A DNA stretch of 64,000 nucleotides, taken from Chrysemys picta bellii. Its lineage: Eukaryota. The stretch spans positions 11,346,001-11,410,000 of the forward strand of contig NC_088814.1 of assembly GCF_011386835.1 (NCBI RefSeq), in the 5' to 3' direction. The translations under genes and the position numbers were made by a program. The stretch's first letter is position 1. Each line of letters opens with the position of its first letter. The notes beneath the pieces are model-generated. The model was not told where the DNA came from, searched no databases, and saw nothing but the letters and a program-made list of their open reading frames with translations. Below, one piece after another: positions 1 to 11,930 of this stretch.

Positions 1-651
1 TAGCTGTTTCCACATGTGCAAAACATTCACCCGAAAACTCAAGCCCCAGATGCCGAATCTTAGGTTTGATGCTTTCAGCTTCTGCAGCCTTGTGGCACGT
101 GGACAAACATGGGCTGAGATGCACACAGCTGGGAAGCTGAGGACCTTCTCTCCTGTTCAGTCTCCTGTGTATCAGCCAAGATGGTAGCCATCACACAAGT
201 GTAGGGTTGTCTACGATTTGAACTACTGGGGGGTTTCAGATGCATGAGTTTCCTTTGATCAGAGGGAGCACATAACACACTGGTGAGGGTGTATGTGTCA
301 CCGGTTGCCCTCTGCGCCTCATCCATAGAAGATGTTGTTCTGTATGGAGGACTGTGTTGGAATTGCAAGTTCTCTTTAAGGGCAGAGCGGGTTTCCTGGT
401 CCTGCTTGCGGCTAAAAGGCACGTAGCAAAGAGTCTGGTCAGAGTCAGTCTGGAGAGAAGTCAGTTTAAAGGTATGTGGGGTGAATTGTGCCTCGCAACC
501 TTAGGGAGCAGCCTGTTTTCTCGCTCTCTTTTCGGGTTCTTGTGTGCTATCGTTCTGAATTTTAAGAAATAAAGCAGTGTTATGTTTCAACCTTCCAGCA
601 TGCGTGTTTGTTGTGATCGACTGTCTATGTGTGTATGCTGTGAACATAACA
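1..651 (+). mobile_element. Possible LTR, 3' part (5' end outside window)
   Basis: AATAAA at 568-573 followed by a GT-rich tract ending ...GAACATAACA (CA terminus). No TSD can be checked. Confidence 0.35.
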
Positions 652-1711
652 GATACTAGCTTCTTAATGAGGGCTTGCTTTTTAGTTCAAGCTACAGTGG
701 CTCATGTTTTTAGCTCTGGAGGTCCCCCAGTTCAAGCCCCACTGTGTCACTTACCTTTAACTAGCTCAATTTAAAATCCGTTTTGTGCCACTTCTCTAAT
801 GCAAACAAGACTCAGGCTGATGATGGAGCGGGAACGCATACAATGGAACACACCGCGGCCGTAAATACCACAGTCAGAGGCAGATCAGCCACCTTCCACT
901 AAGTGCTCGGTATTATCTGCTGGCAACCAGGTTGCATGTGCTCTGCCATTTTGCTAGCCAATTCCGTTGATGTGCTACTCACTATCTGATTACCCTTGCC
1001 ATCTACTCTGCTCTGGGGGCTTCTGCAAGAGATTTTGTTTATGGGGTTGGGGGGTTAAGCTGAATAGTGTTTAATATGTTGATGGATCTGGCTTCTTTCT
1101 CTATTATTCTGTGACAAGTTTCTCTAGGTCACCCTCTTTTTCTCTTTCCAGTGGTACCCATGTTATTAGGTGACATGGATGTTGTGCTGGTCGCATGCTT
1201 AAAGCATGTCTTAAATATGTCCATTATTGTCTTACCATTTTTGGTGCTTTATGTTGGTTTGCTCTCCTTAGAATTTCTGATGTGGCAAAAAACTCTTTCT
1301 GAAAGGAATTCCGAAGCTTTTTCACGGGCATTTACTTTGGAATGAGTTGATCTTCTTACCAATTTCTGTCATCAATTCCCAGGACTCTGCTCCATAAACA
1401 GGGACAGACATGAAGCCAGTGTTAAAAATTCAGATTTCATGTCCGTGCCAATCATGCTACATTTTCAAGTTTATGCAAGTTGTTTGCTGCTTTTGATATT
1501 AGTTGCCTGACATTTAGCAAGGGGTCACCATCACTGCACACCTCACTATCTATATAGGTAAAATCACTTACTTAGTTTTATGTTTCTCCTTCGACTCTGA
1601 TGGTTGCTTTTGGGACATTGGGAGCCATATATTTTGACTTCGCCTTGTTGAGAAACAAACCAACTTGTTTTGCTGTGTCAGCAAAAAGCTGCATCTTTTC
1701 TTCCATTAAGC

Positions 1712-1802
1712 AATCATAGAATCATAGACTATCAGCGTTGGAAGGGACCTCAGGAGGTCAACTAGTCCAACCCCCTGCTCAAAGCAGGACCAATCCCCAA
1801 CT
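1712..1802 (-). mobile_element. CR1 LINE 3' tail inserted in the RTE remnant
   Basis: ATCATAGAATCATAG...GGAAGGGACCTCAGGAGGTC..CCCCCTGCTCAAAGCAGGACCAA is the reverse complement of the CR1 3' end seen at 29440-29523. Confidence 0.9.
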
Positions 1803-2251
1803 ATGTGTTGGACTAAGCAGCACAATGTCATCATCCAAAACAAGGTGATCCAATTTGTCCGTAAAATTGCTTGGTTGCCTTCTGAAGTTGTTTCCCTTGA
1901 AACATAGTCAATGACCAGTGCAAAGAAGAGTGAGGACATAATATACCCTTGCCCTACTTAAGCTGTCTCTGCAAACCATTGGTTAATGTCACCAGCTCTG
2001 CCTGCACTTTCAGCTGTATCATATAGATCCCTGGTTATTCTAATTCTTTTTGCTGGTATTCCATAGTATGGCATAATTTTCCAAAGACCATCTCTGTGTC
2101 CATTGTCAAAAGCCTTCTGAAAAGCTGTAAACGTTACCCCAAGAGGTGCTTGCTAGGCCACACTTTGTTCTATAATATGTTTGAGAACAACATATGGTCT
2201 GCACATGATCTCAGTGGTCTAAAACTTGCTTGTTCCTCTCTGAGTTGGAGA

Positions 2252-2659
2252 TAGGGTTGCCAACTTGGTAATATTTAAAAACCAGATACTCCATCAGGAG
2301 TGCCAGAACCTCCCCTGCCCCACCTCTTCCCCCTGAGGCCCTGCCCCCGTCCACTCCTTTTCTCCCCTCCTCCTTGTCACTCGTTACTTTTCCCCTCCAA
2401 CCCTCTCTGCTCCCTTCCCAGCCCAGGTCAGGAGAGACTCGCCTGCTTTTCCAGGGCTGGGAGCTGCAGATACCTGAAACAGGTAGGGTGAGGCTCTGGC
2501 TGAGTAGGGACTGGCGCAAGTGATGACCCAGTGCCTCCCCGCCTTCCCCACCTGCAGTAACTGGACATTGGCTGTCCAGTCAATAGATCTGAGCGGACAC
2601 TGTCAGGTCCCCTTTTCGACCAGACTTTCCGGTCAAAAACCGGGCATCTGGCCACCCTA
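2252..2659. mobile_element. Non-autonomous hAT element (MITE)
   Basis: Termini TAGGGTTGCC / GGCCACCCTA; exact 8-bp TSD GTTGGAGA at 2244-2251 and 2660-2667. Confidence 0.9.
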
Positions 2660-3633
2660 GTTGGAGATCTCTTCATTTCTTCAGACTTTCTAGGATGATG
2701 TTGCACATGCTTTTCCTAGGCCTGGAGAGCAATGGGATTCCAATCAGTTATTGCAATTGGTAAATCACGCTTCTTTGGCAATTTTACTGTAAGGCCTCTC
2801 TTCCACTGGGTTGGGATCTTAACTCCATGTTCTAGTCAAAAACCCAAGGAAAGTCTGGAGGGCTGTTTCATCACTTGCTATAAACATCCCCCTAGAAATG
2901 TTATCCTCTCCAGCTGCTTCCCCATTTTTAAGTTGACTGACAGCTATTTTGACTTCTTCCATTGTAGTATCTCCTCAATCAATATTGAGATCAGGTGCTA
3001 CCCAATCATATGCACGGGGGGTGAGGGGGAACGTCTCCCCCTTAGTTGTATTCTGTGCAAATCGAAATGAAGTGATAAATAAATATTTCCCCTCTTCCCG
3101 CACCCATCCTTCTCGGAGATACTGACCTCGGCTGTAGCTGCATGACAACAAGCATCACTCCGGGCTATGTCTATCTTTACTTGAATATAACAGCCACTGT
3201 GTAATGTGCTATTGCCAAGGGGTCAGAGAGGGGCTGATTTCCCAGGCTGTATGTTAGCAAACCTGTCATCTCAGTTCAGAGATCGTTGGTAAGTGACTGA
3301 ATCTAGCATGAGCAATTGCTGCCATATTGGGGACAAACTGAGCAGCGGAGGGACTGGATGACTCAAGGGATTATTCAGGCTGTATTAGCAGAACACAGCC
3401 CTTCCCGTCTGTGTTGTTGCACCACAACTGCAGGTTCAGCTCAGGAGTGGCAGTGAATGAGTTTCTCAGGCTGTTCAGTGGCTGACGTGATGTGAGCTGA
3501 TACCTCCGTCTCATTCCCAGAGATTCAGAAGCATTGAAAGGTCTCTTCAGGACACTCAGAAAAGCCCAGAACCAAACCGAATTCCGAAGACAATCCAAGA
3601 TGGAGGCTGTAAGGGGACATGTAGGGAGGCGGT

Positions 3634-4360
3634 GTGAATCCCCACCGCCCTGGAGCAGGATGAGCCCATCCAGAAGCCGGAGTGGGCGGAGCTAGGGAGC
3701 TCTGAGCCCGCCCCTCAGAGGGTCAGGCGGCGACCCGGAAGTATAAAGGCTCGCCCTCAGAGCTCAGTAGGGCCCCAGCTGCTGGGGAAGCCAGACGCCT
3801 CCAGCCTAGCCCGCGACTGGGAAACCCCTGTGGCCCAAGGTGCCCGCCAGGACTGGCCAGGCCTGCCCTGTGCCCGCTACATGGAGGAGCAGCTGGGCCG
3901 GCTGCTGGACCACTACCCTGAGGAACCCATGGTGCTGGACCCCCCGGAGGACACCACCGTGACTCAGCTACCACAAGAGGGGGAGTCCGGAAGTAGCCCG
4001 GGGGCAGCCGACCCCAGTCTGGCTGCAGCACTGCCGGAGCCCATGTCAGTGTGTGGCGGCCGGGATCCCCACTGACTCAGCAGCGGGTCTTCTGCCGCTG
4101 CTAGGGCCCCGGGCTGGGACGCCGTGGAGTGGGGGGGCCTGCGTCCCCCCTGCTACCCAATTCGTGGGTGGCCGTCTCCCCCTCTCCCAGGCCTTGGAGG
4201 CTTGGGCCTACTGCTACTGCTCAGCCCTGCCTGAGGGCCTGAGCACCCGACTCGTTGTTGCCCCGCCCTGACCCAGGGCCTGGGCTTATGGTGCTTATTC
4301 CAGCTACTGCAAGGGCCACCAGGAAAGACTCCCGTGGCCGGACTAATTCCCCAAACCTCA
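3634..4360 (+). mobile_element. GC-rich LTR-like repeat, related to the solo LTRs at 30486 and 42825
   Basis: Begins near TGTAGGGAGG; has TATAAA near 3742 and an ACTAATTCC motif also seen near the 3' end of the 42825 LTR (GAGCTAATTCC). Ends approximate. Confidence 0.5.
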
Positions 4361-4375
4361 GCAGTGTGCAGTGAG

Positions 4376-4571
4376 CAGGGCCGGCTCCAGGCACCAGCTT
4401 AACAAGCAGGTGCTTGGGGCGGCCAAGGGAGACGGGTGGCACCTGCGGCAATTCGGGGGTGGCAGGTCCCTCACTCCCCCTAGGAGCGAAGGAGCTGCCG
4501 CTGAACTGCCGCTGCCGATCGCGGCTTTTTTTTTTTTGCTTGGGGCGGCAGAAATGCTGGAGCCGGCCCTG
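4376..4571. mobile_element. hAT-type MITE
   Basis: TIR CAGGGCCGGCTCCAG / CTGGAGCCGGCCCTG; exact 8-bp TSD GCAGTGAG (4368-4375, 4572-4579). Confidence 0.92.
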
Positions 4572-5802
4572 GCAGTGAGCCGGTGTGGTTCCCCGCTGCC
4601 CTGGAGAGGGTCGAGCCCCAGCCAGCACCGGGCAGTTGTGAGGATAAATATATTAAAGATTATGAGGTGCCCAGATACTACAGTAATTGCGACCATATTA
4701 TTACCTTAGATCTTTGGATGCTTATTCAGGCTGGGCGCTGCATCTTTGGAGCACCTGTGGGTAGAACCTAGCTCACTGTGGACACTCTGGTAATGGCAAA
4801 TGCTACGAGAATCATAACACTGAATAAACAGCAGCACCGCAGAGATGCTGAATGGAGATATTGCTGGACAGGCTACAATGCTAGCGTATGGACCCGGAAG
4901 CAGAGACCGCAGGGTACTTTGTTTTGAATGCAAACTAATGGTCCTAAAAGCCCTTGCACCAGCTCTGTTCATTCACGGGTAAAATGAAGGGACTGATACT
5001 TTCCAGCCTCCTAATATGGGATGAGACCTTGTTTGAGAGTAAGGGCTGTGCAGTGCACAGAATTATTAACATTGGTAAATCAAAGAGGTAAAACTAAACT
5101 CCTGGTAACCTCCTGGCTCCCAGCTCAGCACACCTTCCCCTACGCCGGAGGGGGTCAAAACTCTGGGACCTGAAGCACGCTTAGTGCGGATGGAATGTTC
5201 CGCTATTTTAGCAGAAAGTCTTTAACAAGCTCTACATGAAAATGACGTTCAGAGGATTATACCTTGGCCAGATCTGAGTGGATTTTCATGAGGACTGCAC
5301 AAGGCATCTGTCAGATTCCTGAACTATCTCCCTGCTAGACGTCAACTTCCGGCTCCAAGCGCCAGACGCTCTATGGCTCTTCAAAGACACAAAAATATGT
5401 GGATATTAGCAAGTCTGCCTATCCCCCCCCCCGCCCCAAGTTCATTCTTGGAAATGGCTGAACTGCTTTTGCTGAAACTAAACTAAACTAAATCAGCTTG
5501 AGGCAGGGAGCAGACATGGAAAATGTCATCCCAAGCGGTTTGTTTGGCAAAGTTATAGGCAACTTAAAAGAGGGGCCCGTAGAGGAACATGTTAGGAAAC
5601 CTTCACTATAGGAACCCACCCATAACCTATGCATCCTCCGTAGGAACCACTTTCTCTGGCACTGAACTCTAACCCTGAGCCCTGGAGCCCTGACTCACCA
5701 CAGTTCACAACAGAAAGTGAAGGGAACCTCATATCCAGTGGAAAATAGAGCAGAAATGTTATGACAGTAATTGCTTGTTGGGGTCCCATTTTACTAGACG
5801 GA

Positions 5803-6775
5803 TGTTAGAATATAGATATGCAGGCCTGCCGGTAAAGGCCTAGACTTTAAGAACTTAGGTGTGTTTTTTATCACTTAGCTAGTTACAGGGGTATAAAACA
5901 AAAAATCAAAATCACAGTCCGCCTGTGTCTGGGCTTTCTCTCACTAGGACAGTCTGAGGCCTGGTTCTTAGGCTAAGGCCTTCGGCTAAGCAGCAGGGGC
6001 AGCCATAAACTGGGAAGCGAATGGTCACATCCTCACATCCCAAACCAGTCACATTGAAATAAGGTGCTATTGGGCTGGTAGGAATACAGTCCTGTCCTGA
6101 TAATGCCTATCACCACCAGATAAAGATGGTTAAAGAAAACTTAGTTTGATAGCCTCCTGTCTGGCAAGAAATCACTTCTCAATAGCTGTAGTTGTGAAAC
6201 CCTCACTTCTGTAAAAAGAAGAACAGGAGTACTTGTGGCACCTTAGAGACTAACAAATTTATTAGAGCATAAGCTTTCGTGGACTACAGCCCACTAAGGT
6301 GCCACAAGTACTCCTGTTCTTCTTTTTGCGGATACAGACTAACACGGCTGCTACTCTGAAACCTCATTTCTGTATGTTTTATCTTTATGGCCCCCACTTT
6401 TCTATTGTTAAGCTGTCTGGTTCTCTAATTGTTTCTGTCTGCTGTATCATTAATTTTGCTAGGTATAGGTTAATTATGGTAGTGAGATATAATTGGTTAG
6501 AGAATTATGTTACAATATGTTAGGACTGGTTAGATAGATTTCAGTAAAATGACTGGTTAAGGTATAGCTGAGAATATTACTGTATAAATTAGGGGCAAAC
6601 AGGAAGTAAGTTGGGATTCGAAAATAAGGAGAAGGGAACTTGGATTTGAGCTTGCTGGAAGTTCACCTCAATAAACATTGAATTGTTTGTACCTTCAGAC
6701 TTCGGGTACTGTTGTTCTCTGTTCACACGAGAAGAACCAGGGAAGTGGGAGGGTGGAGGAATAAGCTCTCCAACA
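5803..6775 (+). mobile_element. ERV-like solo LTR
   Basis: TGTTAG...CCAACA termini; TATAAA at 6583, AATAAA at 6670. TSD not clean. Interrupted by a Penelope fragment. Confidence 0.65.
6213..6362. mobile_element. Penelope-like terminal fragment with internal inversion
   Basis: GAACAGGAGTACTTGTGGCACCTTAG occurs in both orientations; same sequence as 61841-62009. Flanked by CCTCACTTCTGT / CCTCATTTCTGT. Confidence 0.85.
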
Positions 6776-8371
6776 ACAGGCAGCAAAATACTGTCCTGAC
6801 CCAAAGAGCTCACAGTCTTAGTTTAAGAAAATATGTATCAGGTGGCTGGAACAAACAAAGGATGTTGAGGAGGAAGAGAGTGAATGCAAATTTACTTTGG
6901 CCCTGATCCTGCAAAGACTTAAGTATATGTGTAATTTTACACAAGACTAATCTTGTTCAAGCAGACAACTGAAGAATGCATAAAGTTATGCACCTGTTTA
7001 AATCTTTGCAAGATTATGTTTAGATTATAAACTCTTCCAGGCAAGGATTGTCTCTCGTGATATGTTTGTACAGCACCGAGCAGAATGGGGACCCAATCTC
7101 ACATAGGCCTCTAGTTGCTACTATAAATATTATTACTATTTATTGTTACTAGAATTTGACCAGAACAAACACACCGATAGTGGTAAAAAGTGCATTAGCA
7201 ATTCAGTCACCCGGAACTTGGTTTGATGTCTCTTCTGATCTGGATCAATATCAATATGGACCAGGGGATAAGATGCTGTGCTGTCTCCCAGGTGTGTAAC
7301 TTTTTTCTTCTCCTGGGTGGAAGGAAGAGAGACTGAAACTATCCTGTGACAGGAAAAAACCGAGAAGTTGAAGATGATGATGTGTGTGAGACTGACCATA
7401 GCACACAGACAGAAGAGGGTCAAAGATCTCGGAAATCCCTGTCCCCTTTCCCTTCTCCCCAGCTGTGCACTCATCTGCCTGGGTACCCTGGCTTTTGAGG
7501 AATTGCTAGTTAGTTTTACTTGGAACCCATTTAAAGGCCGGTTCAGCTTAGCGCAAAGGGACATAGTACATGTCGACGTCTACACTGGGGACAGCGATGT
7601 AAATTCCAGCTCCGTGTTGGGGCCAGACAGCTAGGACCAGGTGCTGGCCTGCTCCCCCACTAACTTCGCCGCTAGGCCACCAATGGGCTGGTTAGCAGCT
7701 CTGCTTATAAGTCTGGCCCCACAGCAGATCAGCGGCTGCTCAGTGAGAACCATGTGCACAGCCGTGCTTGCCCTTATTCCATTCTGCTTCCAGTCCCTGC
7801 TCCTGCTCTTCTCCAGCCCTCTGGCTTCTGGCTTTGAGCCCCAGCTCTGCCTCTGGCTTACGACTCTGTTGTACCCCCTGGCTCTGGCATTCAGCTTCTG
7901 TCCCTCCGGTACTGACTCTGGGCTCATTCCTGGACTCTGCCCAGCCTGCACCCCGCTCTCACAGGTAGGCTGAACTCTTGTTTCATCCACTAGGCCTCAC
8001 CACCAATGGCCCAGTCAGCTACACTTGGATAGACATACGACTACTAGCTGTGATCAAGTTACCATGCTAAAATTATGTATGTAGCCGTGGCAGCACAAGT
8101 GGTGGGAGGGGCAGTTGCCCCAAATACAATCCCATCTGAAAACGTAAGTACATATGTGGGGTGGCTCGGTCTTTGCACCGCCACAACTACATTTCTACTT
8201 TTAGTGTGCTAGCTTCCAGCTCCAGCCTAGAGATACCTTCTAAAGGCATAGAGGGTGGCATGTAATTTTTTCACCGGCTATCCATTTCCCAACTTGTTGT
8301 CTTTCCGCATATTAAGTAAAGGAGGATGAAAGCTGTTTCTTGAACCGAGGCAGGACTGAAAGCATGCTCAC

Positions 8372-8393
8372 CTCTAATGGAGCATCGTCTAGA
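8372..8393 (-). other. Candidate 22-nt exon of an unidentified gene
   Basis: Acceptor tctattcccttctgcag | TCTAGACGATGCTCCATTAGAG | donor GTGAGC, in non-repeat DNA. Confidence 0.4.
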
Positions 8394-8722
8394 CTGCAGA
8401 AGGGAATAGACGGTTCTTTTATCATATTGCAGGAATACATTTAACATAATGATTTTAAGGTTATTTACAGTCTTCTTTTTCTCAAATAGACAAAGTAATG
8501 TGAAACCCCTTATTATTAATAATGAAAAAATGTGAGTAGTCAAAATGTGATTAGTATGGATAGTGTATGGGGGTTGGGGTTTTTCTCTCTACAGATTCAT
8601 GAGTGGGCCTTTTATTATGTTTGCGAATGTATAAGTGATTTGCGTGTGTGATTATGAGTGTGTGTTTGCATGCAGCAATGATCTTTGCTAAAGAGAAGAA
8701 ATGGATTCCTGCAATACCGCAC

Positions 8723-8784
8723 CTGAGAAAGGCAAGCTGCAGAACTCTGGCTGGAGGCGGCAAACGGATTCAATTCTCTTTGTG
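8723..8784 (-). other. Candidate 62-nt exon of an unidentified gene
   Basis: Acceptor ctcttgtttctattcag, donor CAG|GTGCGG. Joined to the 22-nt exon only one frame is open: QRELNPFAASSQSSAACLSQ-SRRCSIR. Confidence 0.4.
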
Positions 8785-8931
8785 CTGAATAGAAACAAGA
8801 GTCTTTATCGTGTCCATAGAACACATAAAGGGAAGGCAATTTGCTTTCTTGGCTAGAATGAGTTATGTTATTCTGAGATGGTACTGCTTGAAAGCCTCAC
8901 CATTCAACTGCAGAATTAGTTGTAATTAAAT

Positions 8932-10577
8932 TAGGGCTGTCAATTAATCACAGTTAACTCACACAATTAACTCAAAAAAATTAACCGCAATTTTAATCGC
9001 ACTGTTAAACAATAGAATACCAAGTGAAATTTATTAAATATTTTGGATGTTTTTCTACATTTTCAAACATACTTATTTCAGTTACAACACAGAATACAAA
9101 GGGTACAGTGCTTACTTTATATTATTTTATTACAAATATTTGCACTGTAAAAATGATAAAAGAAATTGTATTTTTCAATTCACCTCATACAAGCACCATA
9201 GTGCAATCTCTTTATCGTGAAAGTGCAATTTATAAATGTAGATTTTTTTTGTTACATAATTGCACTCAAAAACAAAATAATGTAAAACTTTAGAGCCTGC
9301 AAGTCCACTCAGTCCTAGTTCTTGTGCAGCCAATCGCTAAGCGAAACAAGTTTGTTTACATTTACGGGAGATAATGCTGGCCACTTCTTATTTACAATGT
9401 CACCTGAAAGTGAGAACAGGCATTCGGATGGGACGTTTGTAGCTGGCGTTGCAAGGTATTTACGTGCCAGATATGCTAAACATTCGCATGACCCTACATG
9501 CTTTGGCCACCATGACATGCTTCTATGCTGATGACATTCGTTAAAAAAATAATGCGTTAATTAAATTTGTGACTGAACTCCTTGGGGGAGAATTGTATGT
9601 CTCCTGCTCTGTTTTACCCACACTCTGACATATATTTCATGTTATAGCAGTCTTGGGTGATGGCCCAGCATTTGTTGTTCATTTTAAGAACACTTTAACT
9701 GCAGAGTTGACAAAATGCAAAGAAGGTACCAATGTGAGATTTCTAAAGATAGTAACAGCACTCGACCCAAGATTTAAGAATCTGAAGTGCCTTCCAAAAT
9801 CTGAGAGGGATGAAATGTAGAACATGCTTTCAGACGTCTTAAAAGAGCAACACTCTGATGAGAAAACTACAGAACCCGAACCACCAAAAAAGAAATTCAA
9901 CCTTCTGCTGGTGGCATCTGACTCAGATGATGAAAATGAACATGCATCGGTCCGCACCGCTTTGGATTGTTATCGAGCAGAACCCGTCATCAGCATGGAT
10001 GCATGTCCTCTGGAATGGTGGTTGAAGCATGAAGGGACATATGAAACTTTAGCGCATCTGGCACGTAAATATTTTGCAACGCCGGCTACAACAGTGCCAT
10101 GCGAATGCCTTTTCTCACTTTCAGGTAACATTGTAAACAAGAAGCGAGCAGCATTATCTCCTGCAAATGTAAACAAACTTGTTTGTCTGAGCGATTGCCT
10201 GAACAAGAAGTAGGACTGAGTGGACTTGTAGGCTCTAAAGTTTTACATTGTTTCATTTTTGAATGCAGTTATTTTTTGTACATAACTCTACATGTGTAAG
10301 TTCAACTTTCGCGATAAAGAGATTACACTACATTATTTGTATTAAGTGAATTGAAAAATACTATTTATTTTGTTTTGACAGTGCAAATATGTATAATAAA
10401 AAATAAAATATAAAGGGACCACTGTACACTTTGCATTCTGTGTTGTAATTGAAATCAATATATTTGAAAATGTGGAAAACATACAAAAATATTGATATAA
10501 ATGGTATTCTATTATTAACAGCGTGATTAATCACACGATTAATCATTATGAATTTTTTTAATCGCTTGACAGCCCCA
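8932..10577. mobile_element. hAT DNA transposon derivative with transposase C-terminal dimerisation domain; foldback structure
   Basis: TIR TAGGGCTGTCAA / TTGACAGCCCCA; exact TSD AATTAAAT (8924-8931, 10578-10585). ORF 9824-10213 has CPLEWW..LARKYFATPATTVPCECLFSLSG..KKRAALSP..VNKLV; an inverted copy is ORF 9315-9518. Confidence 0.95.
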
Positions 10578-11046
10578 AATTAAATCCATTATTGTTATGT
10601 TACCCAGGCACTAAGAGGTGACACTCATTATCAGGGTTGTGTGGGGTGCTATACATCATTTCAAAATGGAAAAAAAAGCTGGAAATCTCCCAGTGCTTTT
10701 CCATGAGAATTGGTTCATAGGAACTGTGTAAATAAAAACTCAACTCATTGCCCTAGAGAAAGGTCGTTCAGCAGAGAATACATGCTCATGTGGCATAGAG
10801 GTTTCACCAGTGAGGTTCTGGGGGCTGCATTGCTCAGAATTGGTAGGTAGGCGACAGGCTGGGTTGAGGACCCAACGAGGAGTTAATCAATGCAGAACAT
10901 GCAAAGAGTTAGACTGCAAAGTCTTGATAGCAATAGTCTTCAACAACAGAGCAAACGCTGCCACCAAGAATGGCTGTGGGAGCACCCAAGGCAGTCCATG
11001 TGCAATGTTCCTCTTTGTGTCTGCAAATCACGAGGATGGAGACTTG

Positions 11047-11342
11047 GGGCTAGTCCACACTAACCCCCCACTTCGAACTAAGATACTTCGACTTCAGCTA
11101 CGTTATTCATGTAGCTGAAGTTGCGTATCTTAGTTCGAACTTACTGCGGGTCCACACGCGGCAGGCAGGCTCCCCCGTCGACTCCGCGTACTCCTCTCAC
11201 GGAGCAGGAGTACCGGCGTCGACAGTGAGCACTTCCGGGATCGATCTGGGATCAATTTATCGTGTCTAGACAAGACGCGATAAATCAATCCCAGGTGATC
11301 GATTGCTTACCGCCGGACCCGGAGGTAAGTATAGACGTACCC
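11047..11342. mobile_element. PIF/Harbinger-type MITE
   Basis: Termini GGGCTAGTCCACACT / AGTATAGACGTACCC; internal palindromes; homologous to 61534-61829. Confidence 0.8.
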
Positions 11343-11930
11343 AAAGAAGCCAAAAAGGGTAGGGCGCAAAGGGAATTGTTTTTAGTAGAGACCTTTCGGG
11401 TTGAGCTTCAGAACTGATGGAGAGATGTGGCATCACAGAAGACAAGAAGTTGCCCTACAAGCAAGTGGCTCTACCCTTGACATGACAAAGGTTCAGGCTA
11501 AGAAGCTTCAACCAGTCATAGGGACAAGCAAGGGAAAGGGGCCACCAGAGAACAAGAACTAAATAATCCTGACTGATGACTTCATGATGAGGAAATAGCC
11601 TGGGACATCTGAGGCCCAGAGAAAGAAAACAGGGAAGCCTGCTACCTCCCAGGGTTTCCTGTGGAGGATGCTGGGGGACTACTCGTGATTCTGTTCTCTT
11701 TGAGAACAAATCCCACCGGTGAAGGAAGATGTGTTACAATTTAGAACCACTTCAGGGACTTGGGATAAGACGTTCAGGTGACCCCGTCCGCTGAGATCTT
11801 TCCAATGAATGAAGGAAGCAGATGAGTAACACAACCAATGTGCAAATAGCACTAAAGCAGAGGATTTGGGATTCCTGGGGCGTTGGAATGCAGTTAGTGA
11901 ATGCTTGGATGAGATGGTCTCTGCTTAAGC

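Larger units (their letters stand above)
1070..2725 (-). mobile_element. Decayed RTE-clade LINE, reverse transcriptase and C-terminal region
   Basis: Minus-strand translation with stops/frameshifts gives LREEQASFRPLRSCADH..HIIEQ..FQKAFD..LWKIMPYYGIP..VGQG..LVIDYV..DDDIVLLS, and a degenerate match to the RTE C-terminal TWxPxGKRKRGRP region. Interrupted by a CR1 tail and a hAT MITE. Confidence 0.75.

Noticed and set aside
75-422. 115-aa minus-strand ORF as a gene exon
   Set aside because: No recognisable protein or splice context; it lies in a probable LTR.
3723-4696. Cluster of 70-135 aa ORFs
   Set aside because: GC-rich LTR-like and MITE sequence with few stop codons by composition.
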